The notes under the pieces were generated by a model that did not search any database, was not told where the DNA came from, and saw only the letters and a program-made list of their open reading frames with translations. A program made the translations under genes and the position numbers. Shown one piece after another: positions 24,978 through 36,851 of a DNA stretch of 64,000 nt (the first letter of the stretch is position 1; every line of letters starts with the position of its first letter). The stretch comes from Oikopleura dioica (lineage: Eukaryota > Animalia > Chordata). The DNA is taken from the NCBI GenBank assembly GCA_907165135.1, contig OU015569.1:9114001-9178000 (forward strand). Reading direction: 5' to 3'.

Positions 24978-26787
24978 ATGTTCTTCCTCACTGCTTGGAG
25001 GTATTTTGCTCTGTATCCATAGAACGCATCAATTACTCCTTTTTGAGGTGCTTCTTGACAGGTTAAATGGAAAGGATATCTTCTGCTCCAGAAATCAAAT
25101 CCAAATAAAGAAAGCTAGGAACAAACTCTACCATCTCTCGTTAAAAGACCAACGCTTGTTGATTTCAAATGTCGCCAATGTACAGAAGCTAACAGATGAT
25201 GAGGTCAAGGTAAGCGAGTTGAGTCCGCGGAAAAGATCATATTATTAGTAGTACTTCGCCCCAGCAACCTTTGATATGGTCGTCATGAAGTACTTTGTCC
25301 ACAAAATGGATGGTCCAGGAATGGACGTCCATAAGTTTGTTCTATTTGAGTGTCTCTCTTATTTGGGGACTGCTATTCTCGGAAAAGTAAGTTTCAAAAT
25401 GATTTCTTCGCAGTTAATGACGGCTTTTAGGAAAAATTATCATTTGAAAATATGAAGCCTTCCTTTCCCCGGAGAAGCCTTGATGATGTCGCTAACTATA
25501 TGAAAGTTAGTAAGTCGATTGGCTTGAGAGACGACCTCGTTGAGAGCATGGTGGACGGCTTTAATCACTGTGTCCTCGATGATGATGTCTTCACACTTGA
25601 AAATCACGATGAGTTGGATTTCTTTCGCTCTTGGCTAATATGCGCTCGCTTTCCGAAGTTCTTCTCGTGCATGCCACATTTGAAAGTGACTTCATTCATC
25701 CAGCGCCGATTCGTTAAGCAGGTGCTTCCAGTCGCCAGAAAGTTCGCCATGCGGATGTGCAAAAGAAACCGAAAATTCAAAGCTGAACTTAGCGACTGTT
25801 TCCGTACTTTGGAACTGTCAATCGACAATAAAAACGCGCCCATGTGGCAGAACAAGCGCGGCGTTCGCGAGCTCCGAAATCGAGTTAGAGTTCCGCGCAC
25901 CGAGAAACTCATCAAATCTACCTCAAATAACGTCTTACGGATCGAAAAAGAGCTCTTGCAAGAGATTTGCGACGAGGTGTCTGATGGGCAGAATCGACAA
26001 CTCTCTCAAACAGACTTGCTGTTTCAGTCGCGCGATGCAGTTGCTATGACCGAGCTCAAGAATGGAAATCTAGCTCTGCACGTGGTTTCCTGCAACCCAA
26101 AGCGATATGATAAGCTGCAGATGCGGTACCTGCTGGAAGCCTTTCAAATCTTTCAACTGTCGTTGACGAACATGCCCGCCAAGTACATGGCTCGTTTAGT
26201 CTTTGATCCGCGACATCGTTGTTTGTGTCTCGTCAAAACTACCACGAATTCTGTCTGTGGCGCCATCTGCTTCCGTCCGTTCAAAGATCAGAACTTCTCA
26301 GAAATCGTCTTTTGCGCTGTTTCTAGCGACGAGCAAGTCAAGGGTTATGGAACATTTCTGATGAATCATTTAAAAGATCACCACATTTCGAAGCGTATCT
26401 TTAACCTGCTTACTTATGCCGACGAAAATGCTGTTGGATATTTCAGAAAACAGGGCTTTACCAGCGCAATTAGCATGGATAAAGTAAGTTTACTTTAGCG
26501 AAATAGCTTCTTCTATTCTTAAGGGCGCTTATACTGATTTCATCAAATCGTATGACGGCGCTACTCTTATGCAGTGCAGCCTGGACACTCGAATCAACTA
26601 CTCCCATCTCAGGTAAAGCGCACTCTTCCCGCTCGCGCCAGACCTTTGATTTAGCACTATTCTGAAGTTCCAGACGGACGTAATCGATCAGCTCAAGAAG
26701 AAACAGTCCCATCCTGCTATATTTAATGGTCTTACTGCCCCCGTCAGAGTCTCCTCGGATATTCCAGGAGTCAACTCGAAATCCTAA
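24978..26787 (+). CDS. KAT2A: GCN5/PCAF-family histone acetyltransferase without bromodomain
   Basis: PCAF_N-like segments, LTNMPAKYMARLVFDPRH, FRPFKDQNFSEIVFCAVSSDEQVKGYGTFLMNHLK, LTYADENAVGYFRKQGF, YDGATLMQC. Stop at 26785-26787. The start codon is tentative; the symbol denotes the family, not proven orthology. Confidence 0.88.
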
Positions 26788-26966
26788 CACAAGCGTGTTT
26801 TTTTTCATTTTTATTCAGCTTTTACCTGCTATTATCTTTTTCTTCTTATATTTTATTTTTATATTTTAAATCTAACCATTGTGAAACATTTTCTCGCTAC
26901 AAATAACGTATTTCCACGTTTATTACAAAAATTTGAATATTGAAGTATTTTTGTGAATGTATTAAT

Positions 26967-27805
26967 TTATTCATCATCGGGATCATCACGGATAATTGGC
27001 GTCCCGTCAATTTTTTTGAGGCTGAATAACAATTTGAAAATTCAAATAAAATTCAAACGCAGCTTCTACCTTTGTACTTTTTCCGAAGCCATGTCGATCC
27101 AGTTGCCTTCTTGTGTGTGTTTTTCTTCCAGTGGATTTCCATTGAAAACGAGTTCTTCTAACTTCTTTAGATCGGCCAGCTTATTAAACTCTCCCCAGTC
27201 CTGAATATTTCTTTACTCGGGATTGCCTTCGCCCTAACACCCTACCTTCACATTATTGTTTGCCATGACAAGTACTTTCAGCTCTTTGAGAACGTGAATG
27301 CCCTTCATCTTTTCGATGTTGTTGTGAGAAATCCAGAGTTGTTCTTAACGAACTCTTCATTCAAATTACCCCAAAACTTGTTAGGTTTCAGCAACCCCCG
27401 CGAAAATTTGAGCAACTTACCTTGAAAACTGTCAGAGCTAAATCAGAACCCCTAGTACTTGTATTCTTTCCTTTAATTCTCACCTAATGTCTGGCCTATT
27501 GAATCGAGTCCGTTCAAATTCTTGATATTATTTCGCGCGAGACAGAGGATTTTCAGATTGGTTAATCCATTCAAATTCGCAAATTTTTCAATTGTATTCG
27601 AAGAAAGCGACAGCTTCACGCATGCTTTGAGATTTGTTAGACTCGCATCCATTTTTTCGATTGGTGGCATTTGTGCGGATAGGATGATTTCTTCACTTTC
27701 ACTCGCCTAAACGCTTTAAAATAATTCATTTATTCAGCATACCTTTTTCTCATTTTCCTTTTCCCAAGAAGCTAGAGCGTCTTTAATAGACGTTCCTTTG
27801 CTCAT
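26967..27805 (-). CDS. DNAL1: Axonemal dynein light chain 1 (LRR protein LC1)
   Basis: [68 protein letters not shown]. Confidence 0.95.
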
Positions 27806-27951
27806 TTTCGATTATCTGTAAAATTTATTCGCCAAGCAAAAAAATACGGAGAGCGAGCCTCGAGCGTTGCTGGGCACACATAACAACGCGCGGGACTACT
27901 CATTGTAGCCACTTTCCGAATTAAACAAAATGAAAACGATTTTTTAAGATA
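27806..27951. promoter_or_regulatory. Probable bidirectional promoter between DNAL1 and PIGW
   Basis: Only 146 nt separate two divergent ATGs. The interval has a CpG-rich core containing gggactactcattgtag. Confidence 0.5.
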
Positions 27952-29472
27952 ATGACGATGGGATGGGTCGCAGTGGCTCTAAACTATGTCGAAATCGTAT
28001 GGGTCATCGCATCCGTCGCTCTTGTGCAGATTTTATATGCCGCCACTGCAAGGACTTTCGCTACTCTCCCTAAATTCGTAAGCAAAGGAGAATCTTCTTA
28101 CATTTGTTTATCTCATCATCTAGGCCCATGAATTTGTTACTCTCGTTTTGCCATTGCTTTTTGCTATGACTTCGTTATCCGGATCCAGTTCTATTTTATT
28201 CTATGCTTCAATCGCCATTATTTCAGTTCTTCTCTATAAGATTCTTCCATCGCCTTCTGGTAAACAATCACCATCAGTATTCTTTTATAAAGGAGAAACT
28301 AGGTCAATCGACAGATGCGAACATCGTCACCACATTCCGAGTGTATATCCTTCTTTTCACAATCGTGGCGATTCTTGCCGTTGACTTCAACATTTTCCCT
28401 CGCCACTACATGAAAACGCACAAGTTCGGCGCCTCGGTTATGGACATTGGTGTTGGCGCTTTTGTGGCGGCGAATGCGTTTGCTTCCTCGGATGCAAAGT
28501 ACAAGAATCTCTTTCTATCTCTCCCGAAGCTCTTAAAGAAAGTATTTCCACTGCTTGTAGTTGGCTTTATCCGCTGGGCATCAACTGCAGCAACGGGCTA
28601 TCACGTGGATCCAACTGAGTACGGAATTCATTGGAATTTCTTCATGTCTTTGGCGATTGTCCATACTGCAAGTATCGTCCTTATCAGGAGCTTTCCGCGC
28701 ATACGCCCGGGTCTCCTTGCTTTCATCATTATCGGTAAATTTTAACCATTTAATCTGCCCAGTAAAAAGGAGTTAAGTTTCATACGAAGTTATTCTCCGG
28801 AAGTTTGATCTTTATGCCCTTGTCTTCGGCCCTGACCGCAGTACATTCTTCCTCAAAAACAAGGAAGGCATTTTAGGATCAATTGGTCTCACAGCGCTCT
28901 ACTTGCTCTATGTCGAGCTTGGTCGGAGTCTTTTACCGCGGATCAAGATGAATGAACGCATTCTACTTCAAATCACGGGACTGGCAGTGCTATTCTGGTC
29001 GCTCGTTTTCTTGCTGCATATGTTTGAGATCGAGCCTTCGAGACGACTTTCAAACCTCGGCTATGTAGTTTGGATAGCAGCGATGGCGATGTCGTTCCTC
29101 TTTTTCTGCACCGTCGGCGATATTGCTCGAGTCAGAATGCGACTGAGACAGCCAAAGCTTATCAACGACTTTAATCGCACAATGCTTCCAGGTAACGGAT
29201 AAGAAAGCCCAGCAACTAATGTGCATTTCCAAGTGTCTAAAATGTAATGAACCTTGCCTGAGGAATTCTTTTAAGTGTTTCTACTTGCGAACATTTTCAC
29301 CGGAATGGTCAACTTTTCCATGAACACGCGGCAACAGACTTCCTTTACCGCACACGTGGTGCTCATCGTTTATCTTCTGTTCGTTTCCGCCGTGGCCTGG
29401 GGGATCTGTCGCAACGAAAAAGTAAGGTCCCTTCTTACCGGACACACACTCACCAAGCCCAAAAGCCAATAA
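27952..29472 (+). CDS. PIGW: GPI-anchor inositol acyltransferase (GWT1/PIG-W)
   Basis: AILAVDFNIFPRHYMKT...GASVMDIGVG, TEYGIHWNFF, KNKEGILGSIG, SRRLSNLGYVVW, VFLLANIFTGMVN. Confidence 0.9.
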
Positions 29473-29479
29473 TGTGTAT

Positions 29480-30330
29480 CTTTTGTATGTATCGAGAAGA
29501 AAATAAATTTCAACGTCTTCGTTGTAGATTCTACGCTTTGTTCGCAGCCTCTTCGGATCGCCGCATTCATCCGCAAAAGCAGCCGACTCAGCCCTCCCCG
29601 CATTGCCCCTTCAGTTCCAAAAGCAATAGCGTCAGATTCAGCAAACACCGATTACTCTCAAGTCAGCCTCGATCACTTCAAAGTCTTAGTATCCAACTTT
29701 TCAATATTCCAGCGCCTTATATATCTTTCTGTACATTAAATCTTAGCTTCTATATTTCCTTATGCCTTCAGCTCTTCAGTTCCACAATAAATCTTCAGTT
29801 TTGAACACAGTTGAGAGGAAAACAGGTAAAAACAACTTGTTTTTATTCGACTATCAATTTTCTCATTTCAATCGAAGGATCATCGAAGTAGCAGGCGTCC
29901 GCATTGTAGTAGTTCTGAGAAATACTAGCTTTCTCAAAAGATTTCCAGTTACTTTTTGAAGTTCCGTTTTTGTTGTTCAAGAATCCTGAATATAGATGGC
30001 AGGACGCTGAGTGAAATTATTTTTGTGAAATGTTACTCATTGAGTAAGAGCAAATGCGTGCTCAGTTGCAAGTAGCAGCCTGAAATTAGGTGATCGTGGC
30101 CACTTGTCGGATTCTCTTTATTTCCAGGCATTGAAGATATACGGGATAATGTGATTAGATATAAGCATTTCATTGGGATATGTCTTGCTACAGTAAATGA
30201 GCCGTCTTCCATTTGGTGTCACTAGAGAGTTTAGCATGATCCAGCTTAGCAAGATATTATGTCCATGCGCTCGCTCCATAACCGAAGAATCCGTCCTCTC
30301 AAAATCGAACAAATGCTTGGAAACGAGTTA
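29480..30330 (-). CDS. Possible hypothetical multi-exon gene
   Basis: Several short open stretches of coding-like composition bounded by GT/AG. No model was resolved. Confidence 0.25.
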
Positions 30331-30671
30331 ATAAACAGAGCAATTCAATCTTTTTAAGAGAAAATACTTCCGCAAGGAAAATAAACTAAGTCTATTCTTA
30401 TAATAAAGACTTACATATTGATCGTTAAAGAGTGTACAGAATACACTTCCAGAATTATCTATCTCGTGACTTCTGAAGTAACTAATTTATTGAAATAGTA
30501 TTAAACTTAATGCCGTTCAAATTTTATCGAATGAATCTTGTTTCTTCTAAAATTAACTCAAAAGAAAGAGAACTTACCGAGAAACTAAGGTTTGCAAGAA
30601 AAAATCAATACCGCTAATACTTCTAAGTTATGTACTCTCTTACACGAAGCAGCACATCCCATCATCTAAGA

Positions 30672-31465
30672 ATGAAAAAACGGAAGATGATATCGATGAC
30701 TTGGAAACGGAAGAAGATATTCAAACTCTGACGGCTTTTCAAAAGTCTGTTGGCTACGTAACACACAGATGCTCGATCGTTGGAATGATCCCCGCTGTTA
30801 ATTCCGAAAGATACTTGACAATCGGCAAAAGCGCCCAACGAAGACCACCGCCACTTATAAAAAGATCCGATGTAGAGGTATCCCTGGTCATTATGATATT
30901 GATAAGGAGACGAGTTTTAAGGCGATGGGCGAAAGACTCGATATGATCCTAAGCGCGACCGCAAGCGCAAGATCATCTACGTGTAGCACAATGAGTTTCA
31001 TGTCAAATGCCAGCCGTAGAAAACGCTCGAATTTTTCATGGTGAGTGTAACTTTCAAACTTCAGTTCTTTCAATAATAATTGTTCATTTATGATAGTAAT
31101 CGGTATTTTTGAGGACATCGCACGAACAGAATGTACGAAAATTTATCGAAGACGAGATGCTTTCCGCGAACTCGCTAACGAATATGTCCGGTTAGTCTGA
31201 AATTAATATGGCTTTATTTCTTTTGTTTTTAGTTAGCAATAATCAATCACGAAAATATTCAAGAAGAAGGCGACGAAGACTGAAGGAAATTTATAGAAGC
31301 ATGAAAAAATACTTTAGTTGCAGGCGGAAAGATAGCTCTTCAAGCTCTGAGAACATTTCACCACTTCCTATCCAAGTCCAAGGAAACGCTGGTATCAACC
31401 TTGCTGATCTACGAAACCGCCGACAATCATACTCTACAATGCAGATGAATAATTCCCTCAACTGA
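30672..31465 (+). CDS. Hypothetical protein
   Basis: ATG 30672 (MKKTEDDIDDLETEEDIQ), with GT-AG junctions near 30875-30905 and 31020, ending ...QSYSTMQMNNSLN*. Confidence 0.45.
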
Positions 31466-31711
31466 TAGTTTAAAAAAATTGATCAAATTTTCAAATCGTT
31501 CTCTTTCTTGATTTCACAAAATCAGTCATAATTTATTACAATGGTATTCTTACAAAAATAATTTGCTTATATTGACTAATAGATTGACTATTATATAATT
31601 AGAATAGCGATCATCTTTCTTTACAATAGACATTTATTATAGCAACTTGCCTCGGGGAACGGCAGAAATCAGCATTTTACTCTCGGATTTTTTAGCAGGC
31701 AAAGGAGCATC

Positions 31712-34700
31712 ATGGTAAGAGTCAGTCGACTTCTTTGGGCTAGCTGCGCTCTCGGTGATAATACTTTTATTTTTCCAAAAGGTGAGAAAATTTCCGCTTA
31801 CAAAGAATCATCTGGAAAAATTACGAAGGTAAGAAGATAATACTAGTAGAGAATACAAGATCCATAGCTCTGGACAAAAAGACTCAACGTCGAAGTTAGC
31901 TCAGGCGGGCGGATCATCAAGAACAGCTTAAAAATCGGGACAGAAGATGATGAGCTTATTTCTATCGATATTGTGACCGGTAATACCGATTGGAAATTAA
32001 AAGTGGACGGATACATCATGTTTCCCCCTACTCTCTTCAAAGGGAATATATTTCTGGCCGCTGGAGAGACCGTCTATTCTTTGAATAACAACGGAGAGGT
32101 GATTTGGCGAAATAACCTTGGAGGTCGCGTTAGTTCCCCACTGAAGATAGATGCTAATAGAAGCAGAATTCTGGCGACTGTATACAATGAAGCGACTGTT
32201 GATACTCAGCATCATGACTTGGTCTGCCTGAATGCGATCACAGGAGAAACTTTTCAAAGAAGAATGTCCAAGAAAAATTTCAGATCTTCAGTTATGATTG
32301 GAAAGAGCAATTTCTACGTTCTCACAACTGACGACTTGAGGAAATTCGGAAGAGAACAGCTAAAAGCTACGGCACCAGCAACCTCAAGAGTTCCAAGAGT
32401 GTCTGAAAAAGTATTTGGGGAAATTGATATTGAACAAGGGAAGATTATTTATCAATCTGATGGAGGAGGAGTCGTCTATGATGTTAATAATCGAACGATC
32501 ATTAAAGAATTCCCATTTCATATAAATTCCGATGTTGTCATTTGTCCCCAAATGGCGGTGTCGTATTTTGGAATCGAGGAAGATGGCGTGGGAAAAATTT
32601 GTGCAATGGACACGATAACGCTGGATGTCCAATGGAAATCAAATCTACCAGCAAATCTCTCAAGCTTTCCAGTGTTAAATCCAAACGGAGAATTGATACT
32701 AAGGTATGATGGCAGTTTTCTTTCTTCTGGAGAAAAATAGGCGTAAAATTGGCAATTGCTTAGTTTGTGTTTGGTACAAAAATAAAGAAACGTATTCTAG
32801 AGCATGATTCAGCCAATTGACCCCCCATTGATAAAGCCAGGTCGCCCAAGGTATTTTTCGGGCCCGCGGGCAGTTCCAGGGCCGGGTAGAATTGTATTTG
32901 GGAAAATTGTTCAAAGCTAGATTAACGAAAGCAGTAATGAAAGTTTTAAACTCGATAGTCGCTCTTGGGTTGTGCGAGATTCCTCAGTTTGACAACAGAG
33001 AAGTTGAGCTCGATAAGTTCGAGATTCTGCTCGCCTCCGACGATGATAAGAAGTTGTACGCCATCGATGGACAAAAAGGAGAAAAAATCTGGGAGAAAGA
33101 AATCGAAGACAACCCGACTCACTGGCCGTTTATTTCGCTAAACTACAGAGTTTACTTCTCAGACGATAGCCGAAATGTTAGGGCGTTCAACCTCCAAACT
33201 GGCCGAGAATTATGGGAAATGCAAATGGATGACATGGTTGCGCCTGCAATCCATTTGAGCAAAGGCGAAGATACTCTTTATGTGCCTTTGGTCAACGGGC
33301 AAATCGTAGCTCTGGACGTCACTCAAAAAGACATGGCTACTGTCAAGTGGACGTTTGAGGCTCCAGGGGAACTGGAGTCACCCATGATCGACGATCTCAA
33401 AAGCAGCATGATCTATTTTTGCGCTGGAATGGAGAACATCAACTACAAAGGCGACTTGGACGAGACCGATCCGGATAGTAGCGTTGTTTGCATGGGCGTG
33501 AACTACCAAGGCGAAGAAGTATGGAAAGTGGGTTTTGACGACGCTCTTTCCTCGCCGCCACAGTTTTACAAAGACAGAGTTCATTTTCTCGGCTTCCTGG
33601 ATGGACAAATCTTATCCGTCGATGCCAAGACAGGCCAGAATAAGACCCTGCGCGAACTACCAGATATCTCCGATGGATACCCAGCAGTAGATGTACATAA
33701 CGGGTTCATGTACGCCGGAGACGCCGATGGTGGAGTCTTCTCGGTCAATTTAGATGAATCAGAAGATGGTGCTAAATTTGGAGTAGGCCCGGGCTACGGA
33801 ATAATTGCTGCATGAAAAAATCAGCAATCAATTACTTGAATCTAAATTAATTTTATTATATTTAGTTTAAATTGATCTTCATAATGAATGCAGTTAAAAT
33901 TGTAAAAGTAACCTATTTAAAGAATGGGAAGATGCCTTGGAAAATGAGCAAGCTTTTTCTAGCATGCTTCACTGCGAAGGAGAAAACGATCAAATGGAGG
34001 CAATCAATTTCCTCGTTTATGCAAGTGAAACTCATCTTATCAAATACGACGTCAATCTGAGAGAACTGGCCTGGAAAATTCCCATTCCAGCCGCATCTTC
34101 AATGACATCGCCCATTATGGATGCCTGGTGGCGACTCTTGTTCAGGTTCAGAGATATTTCAAGAGCGAAAGCTATCAGTATATTCATTTAGTATTTGAGA
34201 ATAACGACAGTTTTATCATATGTGGTAAAAAGTAGACTTCAGCTAGTTGAAGTTGAAGTAAGGAAGTAAAAATAGTTGCCGTTGAGGTTTGAGATCGTCA
34301 TCAAGCACCGCACGTGCTTAGTGAATCTTCTTCACTCCGAAGGCATCGATGATTCTAGTGCAGACAGAATTCCGTCTTTCTAGAAATGTCGGCGATTGAA
34401 TTGCGGCGACGAGCTCCGAATTTTTTCGTTGAAATCTCGGACGCGGAAAGTTTTCTCGTTCGAGCTCTGAATTGAGAAAAAGTAAATTTGCACCGTAAAT
34501 TTGAAAGGTCTCTCACCTGTCACAAAGCTCAGCAGTAGAGTCAGTCTGCGAAAGCGCGGCAGAGACTTTCCACAGCATCTCGTTACGCTTTCCAAATTTC
34601 TTGAAGGCGTACTTTTTTGGTGTTTGACCACCTTGGTCAGCCTGATTTTCGTCGACCCCGTATCGTTGAAGAAACTCCAGCGCGCCAAAAATGTCTTCGA

Positions 34701-36457
34701 ACTCGTTGCATTCGGAAAAAGAGCAGAAAAGAAAGTGTAGGGCGTTAGCACTTCAAATGATTCTCATAAAATTCTTTATAAATAGGTCTTACTTGTTTTT
34801 GTTGGATGTGTTGGTGATTTTGGCACCGAATTCTTTGAGAATTGTCAATGCCAGGAGAGGATTGGCGCGCGTACAAGCCAGATGACTAGAATTTTCGATT
34901 ATAAGATATTTTAACGCCTAAATTTTAGACTCTAAAACTTATTACTATTTATATCTTACATTGGCAAGTTTCCGAAAGGATCGGCCATGTCAAGTCTTGC
35001 ATCGTGATCTCGTAAAAGCTTGATCGTTTCATGCAGTTTATTATCAGGATATAAGCGCATTACGAAATGAATAGCTGTCATCCCCAAGGGATCCTATTAA
35101 CGGGAATATTAACCAAAAGTAGAAGTCAAAGATTTACCTTAAAATTGACATCGGCATATGGCAAAACTTCGCGGACGAAATCCAAATCCTGGTCAACAAT
35201 CGCGCTGATAAATGCCTTCGAATATTCCGTTCTCTCTTCGCATTGTTTCATTAATCAAAGTTTTTGTGTTAATTCTCAACTGTATTTTGCGTGATCTGAA
35301 AGTAGATGACCTGGTCGAGACGCTTTTATACTGGCGACACCGCTCAGTGGTGAATAGGGTTGCTCACGATGCAGCAGAACCTGATAACAAACGAGCATAT
35401 TTTTTGTTTCTCACGTTGAAGCTTCAATTCAGCATAATGCTAGAACTTCTGGGAAAAAAATTATGCTCACATTTCGGTGAAATGAACGGTTGATTGATTC
35501 CGAAGAATCTTATAATTGTCTATTTTTTTCCATTTTACGTTGTTCAAAAAGTTTCATGATACTCACTTATGAAAGCAAACTTATAGTAATATAAGATGGC
35601 TAAAAAGGTACCTTGTGCTTTTAAATATTTACAGGGCTGCAAATAATGCTAAATCAACGTAGCGTAAACCCTAGCGAGTAGTCCCATGAATCTCACGTGG
35701 TGGGGCACTCTAGATCGCGTGGACCGTTACCGAATAAGCATTCTATTCACTAAAGACTTTCTTTGTTAAGCTTCCTAGCTCCAGACACTTAACACTAATA
35801 CAGTAATCTTTTTATTTACTGTCACATTCTGGATTGAGCTTACACAATGTCTAGAAATTTCTAGCGCGAGTTGATAAATGGGGCGCGCTATTTTCGAAGG
35901 AAAGAAGTGTTGAGATACACAGACGACTTAGCAGGGATCTGATAAATACTTTGCGATAAATTGACAGGCGTGAGCTATTGCGTTGCACGTAGTTGTCCAT
36001 CATCAAGCTTTTACGTAACACGATAATCATATCTTTTAGCACGGAAGCAGGACACGTGCTCGCCGTTAATTCCGACAATGGAGACATCCTTTGGCAAAGC
36101 AAAGTAGCCTCAGATAATCTCTATGGAATAGGTAACCATCAAGAGAATCTACGTTTTTTATACTTTTTTATAGTTGTGCACGAAGACAACATCGACCCTA
36201 GATGCGTTTCGAGCTCTCTACACATGATGGATGAAGAGGTAAAATTTTAAAAGTTCTTTTTTGATAAAGTTTTGTCTCAAAGGTCCTTCTTACAAGACTG
36301 ATGGATGGTTTCGACGATATTGAATCGCTCGATGACGACGAAGAAGATGAAGAGGTATCAGAGGAAGACGAGGAAGAAATTGGTAAGAATTTGGCACTTA
36401 TGTTTGCATCATCAAATATTTCTAGATGCCGACGATAATATTCACGAAGAACTTTAG
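31712..36457 (+). CDS. PQQ-like (BamB-type) beta-propeller repeat protein with signal peptide, acidic tail and C-terminal HEEL
   Basis: Many repeats of the type S.P....G..(Y/F).....G..YA.D..TG...W in ORFs 31973-32740 and 32892-33815 and in exons 33925-34145 and 36040-36130. The last exon reads DADDNIHEEL*. Confidence 0.8.
34355..35251 (-). CDS. Ankyrin-repeat protein nested antisense in an intron of the PQQ-repeat gene
   Basis: ADVNFKDPLGMTAIHFVM, LLRDHDARLDMADPFGNLPIHLAC, NANALHFLF, YGVDENQADQGGQTPKKYA. Exons are joined by GT-AG introns. Confidence 0.8.
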
Positions 36458-36851
36458 AGTTCAATGCCAAACTGCCCTTTACAGCCTTTCGTACCAATAA
36501 ATTTTTGCCAATATTATTCAAGAAAAAACAAACGAACGATCGTTAGGAGCTGTTAAAAAGTAGTGAAACATTCAAGTCTTCTGTTGGGGGAAATAATTTA
36601 CATGATAGGTGCCATCAATCAATGTGAGCAAGCTTGACTTGGATAAATAATCTACAGAACTTAATTAGGCTTGTTGGAATCGCGGTGATCACTTCGACCT
36701 TAGCGTGTCACTTTAGCCGTGAGATCTACGGTATTTCTGCGGCACCCATCTGCCAAGTCCCATTCTGATCACACGATTTATTTTTCAGAAATCAGCCACC
36801 GTAACTTATTTATTTACAGCGTTGCGTCACATTTTTCGACAGAAACAGAGT

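Noticed and set aside
24134-25066. Several ORFs over the hAT element
   Set aside because: They are by-products of GC-rich subterminal repeats, with no transposase motifs.
31973-33815. Long ORFs read as a bacterial contaminant or prophage insert
   Set aside because: They are flanked by and spliced to intron-containing exons with host-like composition. Horizontal origin remains open, but contamination is unlikely.
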